Shown here piece by piece: positions 39,831 to 48,865 of a stretch of DNA of 64,000 nt. The DNA is taken from assembly GCA_963739595.1 (NCBI GenBank), contig CAVUBA010000037.1, positions 19,627 through 83,626 on the forward strand, given 5' to 3'. The notes beneath the pieces are model-generated. The model was not told where the DNA came from. It made no database searches and was given only the letters and a program-made list of their open reading frames with translations. Source of the stretch: an uncultured Thermoleophilia bacterium (GTDB lineage Bacteria > Actinomycetota > Thermoleophilia > UBA2241). Positions within the stretch are counted from its first letter, which is position 1. The number at the start of each line of letters is the position of its first letter. The translations under genes and the position numbers were made by a program.

Positions 39831-40222
39831 GCTGCCAGTAGAGCGCCTCGCGGAGCAGGGGCCCCCTCGCCATGACGAAGATTCGGAGGTTCTTGAAGTC
39901 CGTGCGGAAAGCGACTTGGAAGGGTCGGCCCGGCGTGAGGCTCAGGTTGCCCAGTCGAGTACCGCATTAGTGGGGTCGCGCCCCCTGTCGGGTTGCTCCC
40001 GTGTGCTTCCGCACGAGGCCCCGACGCACACCGGGCGCACGCGGCAACGCCGATGATGAGAAGCCGAAGAAGTCGACGCGCTTGAGCGTCTGCGGCCACC
40101 TTCTGCCGGGAGTGCAAGAGGAAGCCGTGGCCAATCTCGAAGCGATGCTGAAGCGCGTCGAGAATGGGCCCGACAAGGCCCGACAAGCAGGTCGGCTGAC
40201 AATACGGGCACCAAACGGGCAC
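39790..40222. other. Ambiguous coding remnant next to selC: tyrosine-integrase C-terminus-like on the plus strand, or a CxxC small ORF on the minus strand
   Basis: Plus strand: ...RVLPHEAPTHTG (compare the PHxLRHT box), then about 28 codons later ...STRLSVCGHLLPGVQEEAVANLEAMLKRV (compare Y-G-H-L-[FL]-P...A..L[DE], with Cys in place of the catalytic Tyr). Minus strand: GTG 40222 gives VPVWCPYCQPTCLSGLVGPILDALQHRFEIGHGF... One extra base would join it to a very GC3-rich stretch, LGNLSLTPGRPFQVAFRTDFKNLRIFVMARGPLLREALYWQPPGRLVAGSVPLDPH, which ends at hairpin H4. Confidence 0.3.
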
Positions 40223-40224
40223 AA
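40205..40224. repeat. 20-nt direct repeat, copy 2 (candidate arm-type site)
   Basis: cgggcaccaaacgggcacaa lies 75 nt inside the island from the tRNA 3' end. Confidence 0.7.
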
Positions 40225-40299
40225 ACCCGGGCGCCCGGGGTGACTGCGATCAAGAACCTCTGCCTCACTGTCCTCGAGCAAAAGCCCTGCAAAATGCAG

Positions 40300-40397
40300 T
40301 GGCGGAGCGACATGGGAGTCGAACCCACCCAGGACGAGAGCATCGCCCCGCAGACGGTTTTGAAGACCGCGGCAGTCACCGGACCACGAGCCGCTCC
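40300..40397 (-). tRNA. selC: tRNA-Sec (anticodon UCA)
   Basis: Minus-strand read: GGAGCGGC-TC-GTGGTC-CGGT-GACTGC-CGCGGT-CTTCAAA-ACCGTC-(long variable arm)-GTGGG-TTCGACT-CCCAT-GTCGCTCC-G-CCA. It has an 8-bp acceptor stem, a 6-bp D stem with a 4-nt loop, a TCA anticodon and an encoded CCA, about 98 nt in total. The D loop, anticodon loop and T loop match E. coli selC as I recall it. Confidence 0.9.
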
Positions 40398-40475
40398 ACT
40401 GCGCATCTTGCCACGCCGGAGGGCGCCGGGTCACGCCGCGGAGCGCGGCAGACGGCGCCGGCGCCGCCTGACGCG

Positions 40476-42333
40476 TCACTCCTCCTCGGCGGCTCCTCGG
40501 CGACGGCGCAGCGCGAGCCAGACCACGACGACGACCACGAGCGCGACGACCGCCCCGATGACGGCGATCGTCGTCGCGCTCGTGCCGCCGCCCGAGCCTC
40601 CGGCCACGGCGGCCTTCGGCTTCAGGTTCAGGTAGCTGTCGCGCACGTAGCTCGTGTAGAACGCGGCGCCCGTGCCGCCGTACATCCGCGTCCAGCCGTC
40701 CCACCTGGCCGTGTTGACCGCCTCGAGCTTGTCCGGGTAGTCGGTGGCGATCTCCGGCGACTGCTCGTAGAAGATCTGCTGCGCCCGCCAGACCAGCTCC
40801 TTGCGCTTCTGCGGGTCGAGCGTCGTGTTCGCCTGCGTTCACGACCGCGTCGTACTCGGCGTTGGACCAGCACGGCTCGTTCCAGTTCTCGATCTGCGCC
40901 GTGGTGAAGCTCGCCAGCGTGTCGCCGGGGTCGGCGTACCCGTCGTAGTTCCACAGGTACATGTCGAAGTCGGGGCTGTACGTGTTGCCCTGGTACGCCC
41001 AGATGCTGTCGTAGTAGATGCCGTCGTCCATGACCTGGTACTCGATCTTGAGGCCCAGGTCGCGGAACCAGCCGGTGAGCAGGCTGCCGGTCTTCTGGCT
41101 CTCCGGCGACTCGGCGCGGGCCCACAGGCGCAGCTTGATGGGCTTGCCGTCTCTTGTCCTCGCGGATGCCGTCGCCGTCGCGTGTCCTTGTAGCCGGCGG
41201 CGTCGAGCATCGCCTTGGCCTTCGCCGGGTCGTAGGTGTACGCTGGCGTCGGCCGGCGGCTGCCAGTGGTAGTCCGGGTCCACCCACGAGTCCGGCGTCA
41301 TGATGGTCGTGCCCGGGCTGGCGCGGCCGGCCCAGGCGAGGTCGACGATCTTCTGCCGGTCGATGCCCCAGTTGAGCGCCTGGCGGAAGGCCACGTCCTT
41401 GAGCACCGGGTTGCCGCGGCTGGTGCCCTCGTAGCAGTTCAGCGAGAGGTAGTCCCAGGTGAGCAGGTTGTACGAGATGGGCGTGAAGCCCGGCGTGCTC
41501 TCGATCTTGGGGAACTGCGCGGACGGGATGCCCCAGGCGGCGTCGAGGGTCCCCGAGAGCAGGTCCTGGGTCATCGTGTCCGGGTTCTGGTAGGTGACGA
41601 AGAGGATCTCGTCGATGGTCGGCTTCTGGCCCCAGAACGTGGGGTTCGCGACCATGCGCACGTAGTCGCCCTTCTTGACCTCGACCGTCTGGAAGGGCCC
41701 GGTGCCGATGATGGGCGGCTTGTTCTGGTACGAGGCGCCCGCCGCCTTGGGGCTCACCTTGCTCCAGACGTGCTCGGGCAGGATCGGGATCCAGGTGGTG
41801 ATCATGTTCGCCTTGGGCTTGCTGCAGCGGATCTCGACGGTGAGGTCGTCGACCGCCACGGCCTTCTCGATGTACGTCGTGAGGCTCGACAGGGCGCCCA
41901 TCTGGTTGTCGACGATGTAGTTGTAGGTGAAGGCCACGTCCTTGGCCGTGAACGGCACGCCGTCCTGCCACTTCACGCCGTCGCGCAGGTGGAAGGTCCA
42001 CGTCTTGCCGTCGGGCGAGGTCTCCCAGGAGGTGGCGAGGTCGGGCGTCGGCTTGAGGTCGAGCGAGTAGCCGGTGAGGAAGTCGTAGTTGAGCAGCCAG
42101 ATCTCGTAGGCCGACGTCTCGGCCCCGATGAACGGGTTGAGGTTGTCCGGGTCGTTGGTCCAGCCCACGTGCAGGACGACCTTGTCGCCGCCGGGCGAGG
42201 CGCTCGGGTCGGCCGCCAGCGCGGACCCGAGTCCCGACGCCAGCCCGGCGGCCAGCAGGCCGGCGACCAGGGCGAGCAGGAGCAGACGCGGACGCCGGTG
42301 GCGCACGCCGGACTGCGACATGGGGTGGGTCAT
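40476..42333 (-). CDS. ABC transporter substrate-binding protein, family 5 (peptide/nickel type) with C-terminal TM anchor; four frame changes
   Basis: The ATG at 42333 follows GAGGGGGGA. A signal/TM segment is followed by ...VLHVGWTNDPDNLNPFIGAETSAYEIWLLNYDFLTGY...WTFHLRDGVKWQDGVPFTAKDVAFTYN... The C-terminus is ...GGSGGGTSATTIAVIGAVVALVVVVVVWLALRRRRG. Changes at about 41215, 41180, 41155 and 40850. No permease or ATPase genes are adjacent. Confidence 0.8.
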
Positions 42334-42547
42334 TCGAGGTCCCCCCTCGTTCGTCCCCCGCGGCGGCCGCTGAGCCGCCGTCCCGATGGCCGGCCGCCAC
42401 GAGCCGCAGAGCACTCTGCGGGCTCGCCCCCTGCGGCCGGCGCCGATGTCCTGCGAGTATGGGCCGCACCGGGAGGGCAGGCAAGGGCACGCCGGGACTG
42501 GCCTCGGTGAGCTGCGAGGTTTGTCCAAGAATCGGCCCCGAACACGA

Positions 42548-42581
42548 GCGGCCGGCCGCCTCTCGCGAGGCGGCCGGCCGC
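42548..42581 (-). terminator. GC hairpin after the saccharopine dehydrogenase-family gene
   Basis: gcggccggccgcct-ctcgcg-aggcggccggccgc (14-bp stem), 25 nt downstream of the stop on the minus strand. Confidence 0.55.
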
Positions 42582-42605
42582 CGACCAGGGGCTCTGTGAA
42601 GAGTC

Positions 42606-43904
42606 TTACTTCGCCAGGTCGATGAGCGTCTTGCGGTCCTGGGCGAGCTTGTACTCGGACTCCATCTCGAGGAAGCCGCCGGGGAACTCGTAGGCCGGCA
42701 TGAGGGCCACGTAGTCGTCGGCGTTGAAGGCCTCGGGGTTGTGGACGCCGCTCTTGGGGTCGCCCGGCTTGCTGCCGAGGCTGCCCTTGGCGAGAAGCTC
42801 GATGGTGATGACCGGCGTGAACGCGGTCTGCGCGACGACGACCTGGGTGCCGTACTTCTCGACGCACTCCTTGTTGTCGGCGACCTGGTACAGGTACACC
42901 TTGCGCTCCTTGCCGTCCTTCTTGCCGCTGACGTAGGTGCCGGCCGCGGTCTGGCCGACGTACTTCTTGCCGACCTCGTTCGGGTCCGGAGCGGCGGCGG
43001 CGATGACGTCGCGCGGCGCGACCATGACGTCGCCGACCTTGATCTTCTCGGCCTTGTCGATGTTGATCGAGCGGAAGACGTCCATGGCCTGCATGAACTC
43101 GTCGCCGAGGGCGTACTTGAAGGTGGCCTTCTTGACGCCCTTGAGGCGGTCGGCGTTGTGGGCGATCTGGATGACCTCTTCGTGCTCGACGTGGCCGACC
43201 TCGACCTCGCCGATGCCCTCGGGGAGCCAGAACATCTCGAGCTCGGCGAAGGGCTCGATGGTGTGGACTTCGCCGTTCTCGAACACGATGGCGGGGTTGT
43301 TGCACTCCTCGATCGTCGTCCAGACGCTGAAGCCGAAGCTGATGCCCTTGGCGCCGGGGATCTCGAGGTTGCTGCCGTCGCGGATGCCGATCTCGTCGAT
43401 CTCGTCGAAGAGGTGGTCGGCGGCGTAGCGGGCGAAGAAGTCGGCCATGCCGGGCTCGACGCCGAAGCCGGCGAGCGCGTACTTGCCGATCTTCTCGAAC
43501 TCGGGGCTGAGCGCGTACTCGTCGTCGCCGAGCTTCTTGCCGCACTTGTGCATCGGGTCGGTCGGGTGCGGCTCGCTGAGCGTCATGGCGGTGTCGAGGT
43601 AGTGCACCTTCGCCTTGAGGGCGGCCTGCAGCAGCGGCGGGTTGAAGTTCGGCGCGCACAGGTTCATGAGGATGTCGACGCCGTGCTTCTCGGCCAGGGC
43701 CGCGACGGCGTCGACGTCGCCCGCGTCGATCTGCTCGGCGACGAAGCGCGGGTCGTCCAGCGTGGCGACGAAGTCGGCGGCGCGCTTGCCGTCGTAGTCC
43801 GCCATGACCATCTTCTCGAGCCACTCACCCTTGGGGTCGCGACGCTTGGCGATCGCGGCGATCGACTGACCGACACCACCGGTGCCGACAACGAGAGCCT
43901 TCAT
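42606..43904 (-). CDS. Saccharopine dehydrogenase-family NAD(P)-binding oxidoreductase
   Basis: MKALVVGTGGVGQSIAAIA (Rossmann fold), 432 aa, intact. Strong SD AAGGAGAAGGAA. More Lys and Glu than neighbouring genes. Confidence 0.8.
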   Translation of the reverse strand: MKALVVGTGGVGQSIAAIAKRRDPKGEWLEKMVMADYDGKRAADFVATLDDPRFVAEQIDAGDVDAVAALAEKHGVDILMNLCAPNFNPPLLQAALKAKVHYLDTAMTLSEPHPTDPMHKCGKKLGDDEYALSPEFEKIGKYALAGFGVEPGMADFFARYAADHLFDEIDEIGIRDGSNLEIPGAKGISFGFSVWTTIEECNNPAIVFENGEVHTIEPFAELEMFWLPEGIGEVEVGHVEHEEVIQIAHNADRLKGVKKATFKYALGDEFMQAMDVFRSINIDKAEKIKVGDVMVAPRDVIAAAAPDPNEVGKKYVGQTAAGTYVSGKKDGKERKVYLYQVADNKECVEKYGTQVVVAQTAFTPVITIELLAKGSLGSKPGDPKSGVHNPEAFNADDYVALMPAYEFPGGFLEMESEYKLAQDRKTLIDLAK

Positions 43905-44029
43905 GACGTTCCTTCTCCTTGACGAGGATTGTGCGCGCCGCGAGAGGCGCGCCGCCCGGGAGAAGCGCGAGTCAGACCTCGGAGACCCCTCCAGGACATT
44001 CCGTGAGGCAGATTGTATAAGCTTTTTCG

Positions 44030-44058
44030 GCGATTGCCAACGTCAAGTTAGCAATCGC
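44030..44058. promoter_or_regulatory. Perfect 8-bp inverted repeat in the AT-richer region upstream of the saccharopine dehydrogenase-family gene
   Basis: gcgattgc-N13-gcaatcgc. On the minus strand it overlaps a TTGACG hexamer and lies upstream of TATACAAT. Confidence 0.3.
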
Positions 44059-44167
44059 GGAGGTTTTGGCGAACGGGCGCGGCAGGATGCGACGCCGGCC
44101 GCGGCGGAAGATGCGGGAGCGCGGAGCGTCAGGCGGTCTGGAGGGCGTCAGTGCGTCGGGGAGGACG

Positions 44168-45219
44168 TCAGGGGGGCGGAAGGCGCCAGCCGAGCGCCTT
44201 CTCCACCGCGTCGCCGCGCGCACCGAGTAGGAGACGCACTCGGCCCCGGCCGCCTCGGCGACGGCGCGCGCCAGCGCCTCGAGCCCGGCCTGGTCGCCCG
44301 GCTCGAGCGTCTCGAGGGCGCGCGCGATCGGCGCGAGCCGCGGGTCGAGCGGCGCGGCAGCGGCCGGCGTCGCGCCGGGCGCGGGCGCCTGCGGCGCCTC
44401 CCGCCCGGCTCTGTCGGGCCGCCCCACGATGTCGAGGCCGACGACGCCGTCGCCGATGACGGCGTCGAGCTGCCAGCTCACCGTCGCTGCCGGGCGTCGC
44501 CGCGAGACGCGCCTGCATCTCGGCGGCGAACGGCGGCCGCAGGGCCTCGCCGATGGCCGCCGCCACTCCGGCCTGGTCGGCCGCGAGCACGCGGCCGGCG
44601 AACGGCTTGCCGATGAGCTCCTCTTCCGACGCGCCCAGGGCGCGGCAGAACGAGGGGCTCACGAAGGTCATCATCGCCTCGCGGTCGACCTCGACCACGT
44701 AGTCGGTCTGCGTGTCGGCCAGCAGCTGCAGGCTCTTGCGCAGCCGGCGGACCTCGTCGTGGTCCACGGTCTCGACGTCGGGCCGCGAGATGAACAGCAC
44801 GTAGGCCATCGCCCGCTGCTCGCCGCGCTCGGCCAGGGGGCCGAGGGAGACGCGCACCCACACCGAGTCGCCGTCGGAACCGGCGAGGTGCTCTTCGAAG
44901 ACCTGCTCGCCCGTCGCGGCGGAAGCTCCGCGCCCGCTCGGGCCACGCCGGCATGACGCGCGACCACATCTGGCCGACGATCGCCGGGGCCGCGTGGCCG
45001 AGCAGCCGCAGGAGCGGCGCGTTCGCGGCGACGGTCTTGCCGGCGTCGGCGACGACGGCCAGCGGCTGCTCGAGCGGCAGGTGCCCGAGCACCTCGAACA
45101 CCGTCTCGATGCGCCCGCGCAAGCGCGAAGGGGAGATTGGGGGCGAGCCAGAACTCGCTGCCGAGGCCGTCGGGCTCCTCGGCGTCACTCTCCATGAGCA
45201 TGCTCGCGTAGTCCATCAT
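44168..45219 (-). CDS. Tandem PAS-domain protein without a recognisable output domain; at least four frame changes
   Basis: ATGATG at 45219 follows GAAGGAGGG. The pieces are MMDYASMLMESDAEEPDGLGSEFWLAPN.., ..RGRIETVFEVLGHLPLEQPLAVVADAGKTVAANAPLLRLLGH.., ..DGDSVWVRVSLGPLAERGEQRAMAYVLFISRPDVETVDHDEVRRLRKSLQLLADTQTDYVVEVDREAMMTFVSPSFCRALGASEEELIGKPF.., and ..SWQLDAVIGDGVVGLDIVGRPD.. Boundaries are approximate. Confidence 0.5.
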
Positions 45220-45350
45220 CCCTCCTTCACGTCCGCTGCGCCGTCGTGGACGGCCTACCAACAGAGTCGGTCCTGCGGCCGGCGATGTGGATGGGACGAG
45301 CGTCTAGAGCGGGGTGGGTCGTCTGTCTAGAGGGCGTGACGCGCCGCTGC

Positions 45351-46551
45351 TCAGGCGCCGACCTTGTACATCGTGCGCTCGCCGAGGGCGGAGACGACCT
45401 TGGCGTAGCCGGAGAGCTGCCTCGTCCAGGGCCGGGTCCCCCGTGTCCACGAGCAGCGGCCGGCCCTCGAGGCTCAGCAGCTTGGTCTGCGTGGCGATGA
45501 CGATCACGTGGTCGGGCCCGACGCGGCGCAGGACCGCAGGGCTGATCTGCTGGTTGCCGCGGCCGAAGATGTGGCCCTGCCCGCCGATCACCGTGACCAC
45601 GATGAACGCCTCGGGCGCGCCGCCGGCGAGCTCGAGCAGGTCGCCCTCGCGTGAGGTCCGACCCGGCGAGCGCGCCGTCGCGGACGGCGTCGACGCCGAG
45701 CAGGGTCTTGGGCAGGCCGAGCCGCTCCATGATGGTCCGCGTCGTGGTGCCCGGGCCGAGGATGTACAGGGCGCCCGGGCGCATGCCGGCGATCACCTCG
45801 GTGGCGATGTCGTTGAGCGCGCGCTCCTCGCCGGCCACGCCGCCGGCCTTGGCGCTCTGGGTGAGGCCGCGCGCGTAGGGGACGCTCATGTAGCCGTAGA
45901 GCTGGGCGGACACGCGGTTCTCGCGGAACGCCTCCTCGTCGATGTCCATGACCTCGCCCTCGCGCAGGCGCACGCCGGCGGGACGCTCGTGCAGGAACAG
46001 CGCGGCCACGTCGCCGGCGGCGGCCGGCGTGGTCGCGTACACGGCGGAGTGGATCTTGACGCCGGCGGGCACGCCGATGACCGGCACGCGGTCGCCGACG
46101 GCGTCTGCAGATGTTGCGCGCGGTGCCGTCGCCGCCGGCGAAGAGGATGAGGTCCACGCCGGCGGCGACCAGGTCGCGCGCCGCCTGCTCGGTGTCGTCC
46201 GGCGTGGTCAGCACGAAGTCGTCGCAGGCGATGGAGACAGGCTCGCCGCCGGTCCGCTCGAGCTCGCAGAGCACGTAGGAGCGGCGCTCCTCGAACGATC
46301 CCAGCACGCGCGGCTCGAACCCCGCCGCCCGGGCCTCGTCCTCGCCCATCTCGCCGGGCCAGGTGAGGACCTCGCACGTGGTCGCGCACGCGGGCGAGGC
46401 GCTCGAGCGCCAGGCGTGCGCGCCGTGGCGCGTCGCGCACGGCGCCCCGCTCGAGCGCCGCGCGCAGGACCTCGGCGCCGTCGCTGCCCTTGAGGCCCAC
46501 GCGGCCGCCGACGCCGGCGACGGGATTGACGATGAGGCCGAGCTTCTTCAC
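45351..46551 (-). CDS. COG3199-type ATP-NAD kinase-family protein; four frame changes
   Basis: [25 protein letters not shown] is the family N-terminus. It continues ...[12 protein letters not shown]..., ...[24 protein letters not shown]..., ...[38 protein letters not shown]... The pieces start at 46551, 46349, 46087, 45600 and the final frame. Confidence 0.7.
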
Positions 46552-46558
46552 GCCGGGG

Positions 46559-47084
46559 TCACCGCGAGGTCAGACGCCTCAGCGGTGCTTCTTGCCGCCC
46601 TTGCGCTGCCGCGACTTGCTGCTCGAGCTCCCGCGTGCGGCTGCTGCGCGAGGCGGCGCCGGCGGAGCGGGCACCGCCACGGGCCGTCGCCGCGGCGTAG
46701 GACCCGCCGGGGCGCCGCGCGATGAACAGGTAGACCAGCATCGACGGGGCCAGGATGACGACCATGAGCGAGTTGCCGCCGACCAGACTGGTCAGCAGCG
46801 CGACGAGCACGGCGACGAAGATCAGCGAGCGGACCATCTTGACGCTGCGACGGCGTCATCTTGCGGCCGCGGACCCAGAGGTCGACCCCGTCGATGAGCA
46901 TGGCGAACGCGGCCACCGCGGCGGACAGCGTGGACAGTGAGGCGGCCGTCAGCTGCAGGCTGTCGAACGCGGAACCCAGACGGGTGATGAAGAGCGCGGT
47001 CAGGAGGATCGCCGAGACGAGGAAGACCGCGAGCCCGAGGGCCTGTCCCGCGCGGATCCCCCGCTTCGCGGGTTGCTGAGGCAC
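46559..47084 (-). CDS. Hypothetical membrane protein; one frame change
   Basis: ...GQALGLAVFLVSAILLTALFITRLG... and ...MVRSLIFVAVLVALLTSLVGGNSLMVVILAPSMLVYLFI... are TM segments. The change is at about 46845. The start is uncertain. Confidence 0.4.
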
Positions 47085-47101
47085 GCTGCCGCCTTTCGTG
47101 T

Positions 47102-47137
47102 CGCCGAGGCCGGCCACAGGGCGCGGCCGGCCTCGGC
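47102..47137. terminator. 13-bp-stem GC hairpin
   Basis: gccgaggccggcc-N10-ggccggcctcggc, between gcvPB and the membrane-protein gene. Confidence 0.4.
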
Positions 47138-47191
47138 CCATGATACCGGAGCGGGCGCGGAGCCGCCTGCGGCGCCGCGCCCGAGAACGGC

Positions 47192-47227
47192 GAGCGGGGC
47201 GGAGTCGCCACGACCCCCGCCCCGCTC
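47192..47227 (-). terminator. 11-bp-stem GC hairpin just downstream of gcvPB
   Basis: gagcggggcgg-N14-ccgccccgctc, 27 nt after the gcvPB stop (47254) on the minus strand. Confidence 0.45.
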
Positions 47228-47253
47228 TCCCGGTTCACGCCCAGGTCAGGCGC

Positions 47254-48865
47254 TCAGACCTTGTCCTTGAACTTCCTCTTGTACTTCCGCCACGTGAAGG
47301 CCCACTGGTCCGGGTCCTCCATGGCCTCCGTGCGCCGCATCTGGTCGATCGGCTGGGCGTGCGGCGAGTCGAGCACGAACTGCGCGTCCTCGTAGGCCTC
47401 GTCGACGCCCTTCTTGATGACCGCGGCCCACTCGTCGAGGTCGGCCTTGCTGTAGGTCTCGCAGGGCTCGGGAGTGAACGGCTCCGGCACCACCCACGGG
47501 TGGTGGCTCATCCAGTAGCTCTGGATGCCGAAGTCGACCATGCGGTCGCGCAGCGCCTCGGTGCCGACGCCGGTGTCCTCCTTGAGCCCCTCGAGGCTGT
47601 AGCGCACCTGGTCGAGCCGGCGGTGGCCTTCGGCGTACGGCCGGCTCACGCCCTTGACGCCCATCAGCAGGTTGTCGAGGTAGTTGTTGTTGAGCACGGA
47701 GATCTCGGCGACCTCCTTGAGGCCCTCCGGACCCAGGTTGCGGATCCAGGCGTAGGCGCGGATGACGCCCATCCAGTTGCCGAGGAACCCGCGCACGCGG
47801 CCGATGCTCTCCGGCCGGTCGTAGTCGAGGTGGAAGCGGTCGCCGACCTTGGTCACCATCGGGACCGGCAGGTACGGGGCCAGCTTCGTCGGTGCACAGG
47901 TAGGCGCCGGTGGCCGGACCCTCGCAGCCGTGCGGGCTCGAGAAGGTCTTGTGCAGGTTGAAGTGGCAGGCGTCGAACCCGGCGTCGCGCGCCCGCGCGA
48001 AGCCGAGGATGCCGTTGGCGTTGGCCTGGTCGGTGAACGCCAGCGCGCCGGCCTCGTGCAGGATCTCGACGTACTTGTCGATCTGCGGGTTGTAGATGCC
48101 GGTGTCCTCGGGGTTGGTGATCATGCAGCCGACGGTCTTCTCGCTGACCGCCGCGCGGAACGCCTCGAGGTCCGGGTAGCCGTTCTCGTCCGGCATGACG
48201 GTGATGACCTTGAAGCCGGCCACCATCGGCGTCGCGGCGTCGCAGGGGTGCGAGAAGATCGTCGTGATCATCTCGTTGCGCTGGCCGAGCTCGCCCCTGG
48301 CCTCGAAGTAGCGGCGCATGACGCACGCGTTGGTGAAGACGGCGTGCGAGCCGCCGCCGGGCTGCAGCGTGAAGGCGTCCATGCCGCTGATCGACTTCAG
48401 GTACTGGCCGGTCTCGTAGACGATCTCGAGCAGGCCCTGCATGGTGTCCTCGTCCTGCCACGGGTGCACGTCGGCGGCCCGGTGGCCACGGATGAGCTCC
48501 TCGTGCAGCTTGGGCGAGTACTTCATCGTGCAGGTGCCCTCGCTGATGTCGCTGCCGAGGTCCATGCCCAGCGTCATCTGCGCGTACCGCAGGTAGTGGC
48601 GCATGACCTGGTACTGGGCCATCTCCGGCAGCTCGGGCGCGGCGGCGCGGGCCATCCCCTCGGGGATGTAGTCCGCCGCCGCGCCGACCTCGGCGGTGAC
48701 GCCGTCCTCGGCGAGCGGCACGAGGATGCCGCGCTCGCCGGGCATCCCCTGCTCCATGATGAACGGCTCGTCCCAGCGCGGGGCGCGGTAGTCGCGCAGC
48801 ACGCCGCCGTCGCGGCGCAGGCGGGCGAGGTCGTCGAGCTTGGCTTTGACGTCCTGACTCGTCAT
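47254..48865 (-). CDS. gcvPB: Glycine dehydrogenase (aminomethyl-transferring) subunit 2; one frame change
   Basis: MTSQDVKAK...MRHYLRYAQMTLGMDLGSDISEGTCTMKYSPK...NLHKTFSSPHG (PLP Lys). It continues in the 47254..47859 frame. The change is at about 47870. The start overlaps the gcvPA stop (ATGA). Confidence 0.85.

Larger units (their letters stand above)
35716..40328. mobile_element. Putative degenerate integrated island at selC, bounded by 29-nt direct repeats
   Basis: The bounding direct repeats are a tRNA 3' end. The interior is less GC-saturated and holds gene remnants, a PAS-GGDEF cargo gene, its own hairpin repeat family, 20-nt arm repeats and a possible integrase C-terminal remnant next to the tRNA. 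Confidence 0.6.

Noticed and set aside
42334-42547. Regulatory RNA in the roughly 210-nt leader of the anchored SBP gene.
   Set aside because: It contains only generic GC-rich complementarity, with no motif I can name. The terminator of the upstream gene explains part of it.
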